DNA of 64,000 nt from a virus: the IMG/VR virus record IMGVR_UViG_3300037264_004923, positions 1 to 64,000 of that record; one strand, 5' to 3'. The notes beneath the pieces were generated by a model. The model had not been told where the DNA came from. It saw only the letters and a program-made list of their open reading frames with translations, and made no database searches. Shown in pieces: positions 56,005-64,000 of this stretch (within the stretch, counting starts at the first letter, position 1; every line of letters begins with the position of its first letter). A program made the translations under genes and the position numbers.

Positions 56005-56780
56005 TCTAGGAAAGCCCGGGGGTGGGTTCCTGTATAATCCAAAAACTCGGGTTCTATTTCTCTAACCTCGGGATTATCTACCGTGGTATCGATGTTCTTG
56101 GGCTTAAAATCATAAGGTTTAAGTTCGTGATCCTTGGGGATTTTATCCGCCGGATGAAACAAACTATCCAAAACTTGGATCCTCTTACTGATTGTGAGAG
56201 GATTGCCGAAACGCTGGTAATGATAGATCCAGATCTCGGGAATAAGCGGGCGATACCCTGGGGTTGTTGGAACACAGTTGTGTCCGTCCAAAGTGGCATA
56301 GGTGTGAGTTCTCTTACGCGTGAGGCGTACCGCTTTGATCGTCCAATCCCTTCGAATACGCGACATGTCTCCATAGAAACACACACGCTGAAACTCAAAC
56401 CCTGTAATGTCCGGAGTAGCCCGATCAATAAGCAGGTGAAGATTATTCCTATCCTGCTCATGAAAGGCCTCGTCAAGCTGACAATGTAATTGCCAGTCAA
56501 AATAACATTCAGACATGGCTATGTCGGTCTGCCTTCCAATTTCTGTTCCGGCGTTTCTATTTTCCATGTTCCAAGCGGAAACAACCAGCTTCACATCAAA
56601 ATCTTCCCGCAGCTTCTGGCAGACCTCAAAGGTCCCATCGTCTATCGTGGGATCGTAGCAAAGTATTACCTCGTCTGTTACGTTCGCAAGGGCTTCAACA
56701 CATTGGCGAATAGGGTAGCCAAGCTCAACTACATTACGAGCAATGGTAAATCCACTAATCTTGTTTGTAGGCGATGACAT
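55980..56780 (-). CDS. Glycosyltransferase family 2
   Basis: SGFTIARN...GYP, DDGT, QLDE, IYHY, Y.GTHP. Confidence 0.82.
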   Translation of the reverse strand: MSSPTNKISGFTIARNVVELGYPIRQCVEALANVTDEVILCYDPTIDDGTFEVCQKLREDFDVKLVVSAWNMENRNAGTEIGRQTDIAMSECYFDWQLHCQLDEAFHEQDRNNLHLLIDRATPDITGFEFQRVCFYGDMSRIRRDWTIKAVRLTRKRTHTYATLDGHNCVPTTPGYRPLIPEIWIYHYQRFGNPLTISKRIQVLDSLFHPADKIPKDHELKPYDFKPKNIDTTVDNPEVREIEPEFLDYTGTHPRAFLDWRNQCIK

Positions 56781-57366
56781 GCAATTCCCAATCGTTTTCT
56801 ACTATGCGTCTTACATCCTTGAATCCAGCTTTCTCCAGTCGGATCCTAAAACTATCGAAGGTATATAGAGCCTTGTGAGAGCTCCACTCCGTATAGACTC
56901 CAGGATGTGGGACTTCTCCGTCTTTCAAGGTATTGCGCTTCCAGTTAGGATCCCCTGAGATCTTCTCCCAACCATCGGGGCCTCCGGGAATATCAGAGAA
57001 ACCTCCGTATAAACAGATCATAGTCTCTTCTGTGGAGTGGATACCCTCAATGTGGGCTCGGCACATAAAGTCCAAGTCGGGCATCTTGATAGTCATTTTT
57101 CCGCCCGGCTTCAAAATTCTGTTCCATTCCAATAATACCCAGGCAATCTCGGTATAGGAAATGTGTTCTACAGCGTGGGCGGAATAAAGCTCATCCACAG
57201 ATTCGCTCTTTAGCCACTCAAGGTTTCGAATGTCGGAAACCTTATTGACATTCCCACCCCCGACCACATCTACATGATAGAACCCCTCGATGCCATGAGG
57301 ACCAGAGCCAAGTTCTATCCTTACAGGTGCGCTCTCTCTTTTAGAGAGCAAGTCTTCAATCCGCAT
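56755..57366 (-). CDS. SAM-dependent methyltransferase
   Basis: IELGSG, YSAHAVEH, EWNRILKPGG..I.MPD. Confidence 0.88.
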   Translation of the reverse strand: MRIEDLLSKRESAPVRIELGSGPHGIEGFYHVDVVGGGNVNKVSDIRNLEWLKSESVDELYSAHAVEHISYTEIAWVLLEWNRILKPGGKMTIKMPDLDFMCRAHIEGIHSTEETMICLYGGFSDIPGGPDGWEKISGDPNWKRNTLKDGEVPHPGVYTEWSSHKALYTFDSFRIRLEKAGFKDVRRIVENDWELHVIAYKQD

Positions 57367-59311
57367 CTTCTTCCTTCTTTCCCTTCTTTGAGGATTTGAA
57401 GGTAAGCGCGGTCTTCTCAGGATTCAGCCCAACAGCGGCCTTGCTATTCTCTTCTATCTCATTAGAGAGAATGGCGCGAGCCAGTGGAGTATTCAAGTGT
57501 CGCTTGATTGCTCTGCGCAAAGGTCGGGCTCCGTACTTCTTATCGATACCACTATCGAGCAAGAAATTTTTAGCGGCGACACTAAAATTCAAACCCACGC
57601 CCTTGCCCTTCTGAATCTGATCTTTCACTTCATCCAACAAGATGTCCAGAATGCTTAGATAGTCATTCTTTTCGAGCTTGCGGAAATGAACGATCTCGTC
57701 CACGCGATTCAGGAACTCGGGCTTAAATCTCTGCTTCAAAGCTTCGTCTCGTGCCTTGGAAGACTTTAGGTCCGTCTGGACAGATACATCTCCAAAACCA
57801 AGGGTCCTACTAATCTCCGAGACTTCTGCTACCCCAATGTTAGAGGTCATGATAATCACACACTCATTAAATGGAACCTTTTTGCCCTTGTTATCGGTTA
57901 GTTCTCCGTCGTCGATGATTTGAAGGATACGATCATGAAAGTTAGAATGGGCTTTCTCGATCTCGTCAAAGAGAATGACAGAGAAAGGGCTCTTGGAAAC
58001 TTCTTTGGTGAGATGCCCACCATCATCATAGCCAACATACCCCGGCGGGCTTCCCGCAAGTTTAGCGGACTCGTGCGGTTGCTGATAATCTTGGCAATCA
58101 ATCCTCACTAGGGGGGCTTCCAAGCAATCTGCTAGAACCTTGGCGGTTTCAGTTTTGCCAACACCTGTATTACCGGTGAAAAGAAGTACACCAAGAGGTT
58201 CGTGTGGTCTTTTGAGCCCCACAGACGCACGTTGGACAGCATCTGCAATGTGGTGGATTGCTTCATCCTGCCCAACAACCTTCTGTTTCATCTTATCCGC
58301 CAAAGAAATCAAAGTTTCCTTGGACAGATCAGCGAACCTCTTGCGCTTACGAGAAGATACAATCTTATCTTCAGAGCCAGACTGGGCGATGCGTCGATTG
58401 TTTCTAATCTTGGATCTCTCCCGGGTCTTATACTGGGTGCGGACAGACTTCAAATCTACGCTCTCGAGCTTCAAAAAAGGATTGTGTTCGATGACAATCG
58501 CATAGAGTTCTTCCATTAGAATTTCGGGCTTAATCTTTTCAGAAATACCCAACTGATCCAACAGCTGGAAGACATCAGAGAAGTCTTCCACGCAACGTTC
58601 CACTACAAGAATGTGATAGCCACGGGTAGATTCAAAGGGGCTTCCGCCCAACAAGGATACCAACGCGGCATCGCTCTCTTCGTACTTGCGTACATTAACA
58701 TAGAGCCCGAGGCGATCCCATTTGTGTCCAACTAATTCATATGGAACGTCCACATTGCCTCCACCGGCAGAATTAGAGAATGGATTATCAGGAACGTCTT
58801 CCGCGGGAGGTGCATCCAAGAGGGGCGCATCCTCATCATCTTCGCGGAATGGATTATCATCTGTCTTGTAAGGGGTAGAAGTAATAATGGCTGGACCAAA
58901 ATTAGACAGCGGCGGATCTTGATCCCACAAATCGTTAGAAGTAAGCGCACGGCCCTTTTCTCCTGCACGCACCGAAGACTTCGTCTTCAGAATGTTATTC
59001 TGATTGATGACGATGTTTTCTGGTTTGAATCCTGGGCTGTGCCTAAAGATAAGATCGAGGGCCTCTTTACGGATCTCTGCCAGTTTTACGATTAACTCGG
59101 CTCTCTTGCGAATGTGATAGAAGAAGGGGCCTGCGTTCGCCATGCAAGTCCCGATAACAAAGTCTTCATAGAGATGGCGATAGATCAAACCCTTCTCAGA
59201 AGCCAGAACGGAGAGCTTATCATTTACGTCCGTCTCTGGAAACTCCAGGATCAGGACATAGAAATCAGCTGACTCCAATAGCACATTGTGAGTAATGTAC
59301 TTCTCCACCAT
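57356..59311 (-). CDS. ClpA/ClpC-like ATPase with a single (D2) AAA+ module and unrecognised N-terminus
   Basis: VVGQDEA, GNTGVGKT, GSPPGYVGY, FDEIEKAH, MTSN, LGF loop, PEFLNRVD, GARPLRR. Confidence 0.9.
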   Translation of the reverse strand: MVEKYITHNVLLESADFYVLILEFPETDVNDKLSVLASEKGLIYRHLYEDFVIGTCMANAGPFFYHIRKRAELIVKLAEIRKEALDLIFRHSPGFKPENIVINQNNILKTKSSVRAGEKGRALTSNDLWDQDPPLSNFGPAIITSTPYKTDDNPFREDDEDAPLLDAPPAEDVPDNPFSNSAGGGNVDVPYELVGHKWDRLGLYVNVRKYEESDAALVSLLGGSPFESTRGYHILVVERCVEDFSDVFQLLDQLGISEKIKPEILMEELYAIVIEHNPFLKLESVDLKSVRTQYKTRERSKIRNNRRIAQSGSEDKIVSSRKRKRFADLSKETLISLADKMKQKVVGQDEAIHHIADAVQRASVGLKRPHEPLGVLLFTGNTGVGKTETAKVLADCLEAPLVRIDCQDYQQPHESAKLAGSPPGYVGYDDGGHLTKEVSKSPFSVILFDEIEKAHSNFHDRILQIIDDGELTDNKGKKVPFNECVIIMTSNIGVAEVSEISRTLGFGDVSVQTDLKSSKARDEALKQRFKPEFLNRVDEIVHFRKLEKNDYLSILDILLDEVKDQIQKGKGVGLNFSVAAKNFLLDSGIDKKYGARPLRRAIKRHLNTPLARAILSNEIEENSKAAVGLNPEKTALTFKSSKKGKKEEDAD

Positions 59312-59324
59312 TAGGATCTCCCTA

Positions 59325-60197
59325 TTAGAGTTGCGCTGCCTTGATTACCTGAATAGCCTGTTCCCGGGTAAGTTCTTCGAAAGAACTCACGGGCTGCCCA
59401 TGTCCATCCACAATTGCTGCGAGAGCAATCAGAGCGGACGGAGTCAAACCCTTTCTGTTTGCCAGGTTGGTCATGGCATTCAACTGTGTAGAGTTGGGAC
59501 CAGACGCTTCGGCATTGCTGGTGAAAGGATTTGCTCGAGGCGCCGCGGGGGCCGGCACAGAAACTGGACGAGCAGGCGGAGGGGTCGGCTTCGCAAGAGG
59601 AGCCGGATTAGCTGCTCCCGCTCCTGAGAACGGATTGCCCGCAAGCTTTGGTGCTGGAGGAGCCACGGGCTTTGGGGGCGCCGGAGGAGCAACTGGTCGT
59701 GCCGGAGGAGCTCCGACAGGCGGGCGAGGGGCGGCAGGAGCTGGAGAGGAAGGGCGGGGGGCGGGGGCCGGAGGAGTTCTAAACTGCGGCGGAGTAGGAG
59801 GAGGAGCCGCGGGCTCTTCATCCTTGTAAAGCTCCAGACCAAGCCCAAGCAGGGTTGCGCATTTCTTCAAAGCGTCACTTGCGGCGCCCTTGAAAGCGGA
59901 TCCAACATCAAGACCGCGGGTGATTTCGCAAGAACCAAACTGCTGCTTGGCGACATACTTACCGTCGGTGGTAGGAACAGAAAGCTCCAGACCAACCACA
60001 GCAACGTTGTCAGCAAATACATCATGGGAAACGATACGAGTGTTCCATTCACCACCAAAAGCTTCGTTCAAAGTATCGATAACGAAGTCCGGAGTAATGT
60101 AGGAAAACTCCAAACCGCCCTTGCCTGGGCGAGTCTGAATTTTATCCTTGGGAAGAGCACGAGTTAAAACGGCAAAAGCATTAGAATCAAGGGACAT
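59325..60197 (-). CDS. Rad52/Rad22-family single-strand annealing protein
   Basis: RPGKGG..FSYI, LNEAFG, KGAASDALKKCA..LGLGLELY; Pro-rich linker. Confidence 0.9.
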   Translation of the reverse strand: MSLDSNAFAVLTRALPKDKIQTRPGKGGLEFSYITPDFVIDTLNEAFGGEWNTRIVSHDVFADNVAVVGLELSVPTTDGKYVAKQQFGSCEITRGLDVGSAFKGAASDALKKCATLLGLGLELYKDEEPAAPPPTPPQFRTPPAPAPRPSSPAPAAPRPPVGAPPARPVAPPAPPKPVAPPAPKLAGNPFSGAGAANPAPLAKPTPPPARPVSVPAPAAPRANPFTSNAEASGPNSTQLNAMTNLANRKGLTPSALIALAAIVDGHGQPVSSFEELTREQAIQVIKAAQL

Positions 60198-60490
60198 TAT
60201 TGGTTCTCCACTAAAGAGGCGGTATTATTTTCCGCCGAAACATAAACATTCCCGGCAGGTAAAGACATACCTTCGCGAGGAAAAATAGCTGTCTTGGTCA
60301 AACGATCAGACAACCGCAGCTTACAATCCAGCAAGTATTCATTTACCTGCGGATCATTTAGCATACATAGGGCGGTCAGCATCACACGGGTAACATCGCT
60401 ACCCCCGGTGACCAGCTCGCCAAAGCTAGGATAGGATTTCACGACGGGGATGCCTTCTTCCGCCGCGCTTCTTCCATCAAAAGAACTCAT
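60197..60490 (-). CDS. Hypothetical protein
   Basis: AAGGAG RBS, downstream of a promoter. Confidence 0.65.
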   Translation of the reverse strand: MSSFDGRSAAEEGIPVVKSYPSFGELVTGGSDVTRVMLTALCMLNDPQVNEYLLDCKLRLSDRLTKTAIFPREGMSLPAGNVYVSAENNTASLVENQ

Positions 60491-60511
60491 TGTAAATCTC
60501 CTTACAACTCA

Positions 60512-60540
60512 ATAATACGACAGGGGACGATAGATGTCAA
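60512..60540 (-). promoter_or_regulatory. Sigma70-type promoter driving the Rad52/Clp/glycan operon
   Basis: Minus strand TTGACA-17 nt-TATTAT. Confidence 0.78.
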
Positions 60541-60552
60541 GAATACTTCCAG

Positions 60553-61083
60553 CTACGGCATGAACATACGTAGTCGTCGGTTGTACCAACCCTCCAAAAT
60601 GTTGGAACTGCTATTTTCTTTCGGATCTCCCACACCAGTAATAACCTCGATACCGCACTCCTGGCAGGTTTCCCATTCCGGAATGGTGGCCGCGTCTACC
60701 CGGTCTCCGCCTTTGGTAAAGACATCGGGTTGAATCGCTTTCAGGGCTTGTATCACGGTAGTGTCATTTTCTATTTCAAAGGACACCACATAATCTACGC
60801 CACGAATAGCAGAAACTACCCCACAACGGTTGCGCAAATCCATAAAGGGAGCCCCCTTCTTATGTGCCAGGAACCAATCTCCGTTTACGATTACAACCAA
60901 GATGTCTCCATAATTCTTGGAATCTGTCATACAAGAGATGTGTCCCAAATGAATAGGATCGTATCCCCCGGACGTCAATACTAACGTACCTTCAATAGAG
61001 TCCCGAATGTCCACAAATTCTTGTAGGGACATTATCGGAGCAAAACTAATCCTTTCGCCCATGTGTTTCCTCATACTTTTCAA
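60553..61083 (-). CDS. Cytidylyltransferase-family protein (TagD/RfaE-like)
   Basis: SGGYDPIHLGH, VNGD..L..KKG, KGGDR, SSS. Confidence 0.9.
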   Translation of the reverse strand: MKSMRKHMGERISFAPIMSLQEFVDIRDSIEGTLVLTSGGYDPIHLGHISCMTDSKNYGDILVVIVNGDWFLAHKKGAPFMDLRNRCGVVSAIRGVDYVVSFEIENDTTVIQALKAIQPDVFTKGGDRVDAATIPEWETCQECGIEVITGVGDPKENSSSNILEGWYNRRLRMFMP

Positions 61084-61795
61084 AAGCCTCTACCAGGTCG
61101 GCAACTATTCGACTTCGAACAATGTCGTTTCTGGTAAATTCCACTACGGCAATACTCGGCACGTCTCTCACGATCTCTATTAACTTACCGAGCCCATTCT
61201 GAGTGTGCCGCGGAAGATCGGTCTGGTGGGGATCTCCGTTGATAACCATCTTACAATTCTCACCCATGCGAGTTACGGCCATCTTCAGTTGTTCAAAGGT
61301 AGCGTTCTGGGCCTCGTCCAAGATTATGAAGCAGTTCGAGAGCGTCCTGCCTCGCATGTAAGCGAGTGGTGCGATTTCGATGTATTCCCGCTCGATTTTT
61401 TCCTTGGTGAGAGAGATCCCAATGATGTCATAAAGAGCATCGTAGATCGGGCGCATGTACGGGTCGAGTTTCTCTTCTAATCCGCCAGGCAAAAATCCAA
61501 GTTTCTCTCCTGCTTCTACTGCCGGGCGCGTAATAATGATACGCTTCATACCCGTCTTGGCCCAATGATGTTTCAGGGCTTCATAAACAGCAAGGTAGGT
61601 CTTGCCTACGCCCGCGTGCCCGGAACTTATAGTAATCGTGTTGTTCTCAATAGCATCCAGATAAAGTCTTTGACTTTCATTTCGTGGATAAACCTCACGA
61701 AGAGTCTTTATGCGGGGTGCCTTCTCTTGAGGAACTTGTTCTTGGTTTTCATAATCGGTCTTTGGTTGTTTAGTGCGTCGATTTTTGTTGGCCAT
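61046..61795 (-). CDS. phoH: PhoH-family ATPase
   Basis: GHAGVGKT, RPAVEAGEKLGFLPG, YMRGRT, DEAQN. Confidence 0.96.
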   Translation of the reverse strand: MANKNRRTKQPKTDYENQEQVPQEKAPRIKTLREVYPRNESQRLYLDAIENNTITISSGHAGVGKTYLAVYEALKHHWAKTGMKRIIITRPAVEAGEKLGFLPGGLEEKLDPYMRPIYDALYDIIGISLTKEKIEREYIEIAPLAYMRGRTLSNCFIILDEAQNATFEQLKMAVTRMGENCKMVINGDPHQTDLPRHTQNGLGKLIEIVRDVPSIAVVEFTRNDIVRSRIVADLVEAFEKYEETHGRKD

Positions 61796-61833
61796 TTAGG
61801 AATTTACCCTCCTTATGCGAAGAGACTATTCAA

Positions 61834-62058
61834 CTAAAAAGCTCGAGAGTTAGTAAAGTCTATCTTGAAAAACAAACGCGCAAGACCGAGCCAGAGGCGA
61901 AGAGTTGCCCCTCGCTCGTATTGATTCTGCCAGAACGTTAATGAAGGCCAGGCAGGTGTCCGAATGTAAGAAGGGTGCGCCGTCAGGTCAAAAGAAATGT
62001 CCATCTCTTTCTTGCGCCAATAAGGAATTCTGAGTTGAAGGTTTAATACTCCAAACAT
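61834..62058 (-). CDS. Hypothetical protein
   Basis: AGGAGG RBS before ATG 62058. Confidence 0.55.
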   Translation of the reverse strand: MFGVLNLQLRIPYWRKKEMDISFDLTAHPSYIRTPAWPSLTFWQNQYERGATLRLWLGLARLFFKIDFTNSRAF

Positions 62059-62068
62059 AGTGTCCTCC

Positions 62069-62305
62069 TTATGCCTTACTTGTGCGAACCACCTCGTCAA
62101 AAATGAGTTGAAACAGATACCGAAACATAGGCCCGTCGTGCGTATCTGTGGTCCCACAATGGCACTTGACATCTGTATTGACTCGGACTTTCTTCTTATG
62201 CTTGTCGCATAATTCGTCATAGCCCTTTTTCCAGATGTCGTATAGTTGTGCGAACGCCACTTCCGCGGCGTCCCCACATTTACTACAACGTAGCATCACG
62301 TACAT
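62069..62305 (-). CDS. Small zinc-ribbon protein
   Basis: CSKC and CHC motifs. Confidence 0.6.
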   Translation of the reverse strand: MYVMLRCSKCGDAAEVAFAQLYDIWKKGYDELCDKHKKKVRVNTDVKCHCGTTDTHDGPMFRYLFQLIFDEVVRTSKA

Positions 62306-62431
62306 TCAGTGCTCCTTCTGGTGCTACCAGAGGTGTCCGGTCCTCTGGTAGCGGGGGCGCGGTTTGCACCGCTTCCACCAGGAGAGGTTTAAGGTCTCTC
62401 TCCACGACTGGGCTCCCCGTTCTCGGAAGTT

Positions 62432-62890
62432 TTATCTCCCGAGATTGCCCTTGTTCTTCAACCATTCCTGGCGTCGCCTTTCTACACGGGCAACGTTGGG
62501 ATCTTCAAACTTGTAGGGGCAATTCTTACCCTCGCGTTCATAAACGAGAGTGTTATCTGCGCCGTAGATACAGGCGGTAAGGTTCTGTGGTTCGCGGGCG
62601 GTAGGATCTGGGTTCCTGATTGCTTCTGACATCTGACTTTCACAAGCAAAAGGGAAGCAGGGGTCCGTATCTTCGTCGTCATCCTCTAACGAGTAGAATT
62701 CTATGTTTGGACCAGTGTCATAGATGGGATAGAAGAAGTTGTTGCTGTTCCAACCAGACCATCCTCGATTCCAACTCCTAACTTCTCGCGATCTAACCGA
62801 ATCAATACGCGTAGCGGCTCGTTGCGCCCAAGAAAAATCGGCGGGAATAACAAACAAAGCTAAAAGTAAAACCCACTTAAGCGTAGACAC
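62432..62890 (-). CDS. Hypothetical protein with predicted signal peptide
   Basis: K plus hydrophobic core plus SWA N-terminus. Confidence 0.55.
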   Translation of the reverse strand: MSTLKWVLLLALFVIPADFSWAQRAATRIDSVRSREVRSWNRGWSGWNSNNFFYPIYDTGPNIEFYSLEDDDEDTDPCFPFACESQMSEAIRNPDPTAREPQNLTACIYGADNTLVYEREGKNCPYKFEDPNVARVERRRQEWLKNKGNLGR

Positions 62891-63365
62891 CGAGGATGGC
62901 CTTTACTACATTCAGTCCTTCATCCAAAGTCTGAACGCGAAATCCAACACACTCTCTAATCATAGCGTGCTCGTGAACGTTTCCTTTAGAAGGAACGAGG
63001 CCTGTATTCTCTTCAGCCGAAGGTTCCATAACAAGAACGACGGGAACTCTAACAGCATCTGCCCAAGCAATTTCCATAACCGTCCCGATAGATACTCGTT
63101 CAGCGCCCAGAAGATTTACCAGCAATACATCAGCCCGCATACAATCAAAGCGATCTCGGGTAGTGATAGCACGAGCAGTGCTCAGCGCAATATCCTCATA
63201 CGAATCCCCAATAGCCTGTTCGTTTCGTAGATACTCTTTCGCGCGAAGAGGAGATACACCTACAACACCAGCAGTGGATAGCTTTTCGCAAGCATACTTA
63301 CGCCAGTCTGTACATCCTCCGTAGGATAGTCCAGTTATGGGACCTGCGAGATAAACATACGCCAT
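62877..63365 (-). CDS. Nucleoside 2-deoxyribosyltransferase / nucleotide N-hydrolase-like protein
   Basis: VYLAGPI, D....AD, S.GT.MEI.WA. Confidence 0.88.
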   Translation of the reverse strand: MAYVYLAGPITGLSYGGCTDWRKYACEKLSTAGVVGVSPLRAKEYLRNEQAIGDSYEDIALSTARAITTRDRFDCMRADVLLVNLLGAERVSIGTVMEIAWADAVRVPVVLVMEPSAEENTGLVPSKGNVHEHAMIRECVGFRVQTLDEGLNVVKAILGVYA

Positions 63366-63458
63366 ACTAAAATCCTTTCACTACAATCATAAGACATTTT
63401 CTTGTGGCAAGAAAGGACAGGATCCTTCTTTGCCTATCGGCGGGAAACCAATCCCGCC

Positions 63459-64000
63459 CTACAGCAAGTAGGGCATATGCTTTTCGAAAAGAGCCTCCAT
63501 TTCAGGAGTGATCGTTTCGTGATCATCATTTAGATGATCAGGCATAGTCGCTACCAAAGCTGGAATACTATAAGGCTCTTTACCAATCTGATACCACTTA
63601 CCATGCTTTACCAGTAGGTGGTAGAAATAAACATAGGCGTTAGCCATCTTCGTATAGAGATCCCAGTCTCCAGGCAAATCCATCTCTCGTGCCATCGCAA
63701 TAGTTCTACGCTCACAATCTAATTCACAACGCAGGCTGTTCATAGCATGATAACGGGCTCGCTCTTGGGTCAAAGTTCTCTCTCCTGCCAGCCAAGGCCA
63801 CAGAGTTACATCAGATTCGCCGGCAGGACCCCAAAGAGGAGACTCCTCGGCCCACTGCAGCATGTGATTGTACTCATGTACTGCCACGGGAAACCAAATC
63901 TGAAAGTCCCTGCCCGTACAATAAGCAAGCTTGGGGCCTCCGTTCCTCTCGTCATTGAAGAAGCCGTTGCTTTTGGTAGATTCAAACTGAACAAAGGTTC
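63459..64000 (-). CDS. HEXXH-containing hypothetical protein (5' end outside the window)
   Basis: VHEYNHMLQW and ELDCERR; resembles 6626-7141; frame appears to run to the window edge. Confidence 0.6.
   Translation of the reverse strand, partial: TFVQFESTKSNGFFNDERNGGPKLAYCTGRDFQIWFPVAVHEYNHMLQWAEESPLWGPAGESDVTLWPWLAGERTLTQERARYHAMNSLRCELDCERRTIAMAREMDLPGDWDLYTKMANAYVYFYHLLVKHGKWYQIGKEPYSIPALVATMPDHLNDDHETITPEMEALFEKHMPYLL

Noticed and set aside
59520-59815. GC-rich repetitive tract as a DNA repeat element
   Set aside because: It encodes the Pro/Ala-rich linker of the Rad52-family protein; there is no exact nucleotide periodicity.
1-64000. CRISPR array
   Set aside because: No series of equal-length direct repeats with unique spacers was seen; only two short in-frame duplications.

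Overview
This window looks like part of a large (probably jumbo) bacteriophage genome read in the standard genetic code. No capsid, terminase or tail genes are recognisable here, so the phage call is inferred from gene content. The + strand arm (1 to about 40.7 kb) contains: (1) a tRNA cluster interleaved with small ORFs, including a tRNA-Lys(UUU) split by a self-splicing group I intron, a tRNA-Ile(UAU), and a very short CCA-anticodon tRNA with a tRNA-Pyl-like fold; (2) an NAD salvage pair (NadM-NUDIX and NAMPT), each gene preceded by a copy of the same three-stem RNA motif; (3) a single-polypeptide RNA polymerase carrying both beta- and beta'-type motifs, plus a sigma70-family factor; (4) an expanded phiEco32-like peptide-ligase cluster (COOH-NH2 ligases, amidoligase, glutamine amidotransferases, ATP-grasp proteins, GNAT); (5) SSB, SF2 helicase, RuvB, CCA-adding enzyme and IscA; (6) about 1 kb of densely structured non-coding DNA that may encode large ncRNAs. 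After a convergent terminator at about 40.7 kb, the - strand arm carries PhoH, a Rad52-type annealing protein, a single-AAA Clp ATPase, a large glycosyltransferase/methyltransferase/B12-radical-SAM cluster, a patatin, dCMP deaminase and a GIY-YIG endonuclease. All calls come from reading motifs by eye; no database searches or folding programs were run.
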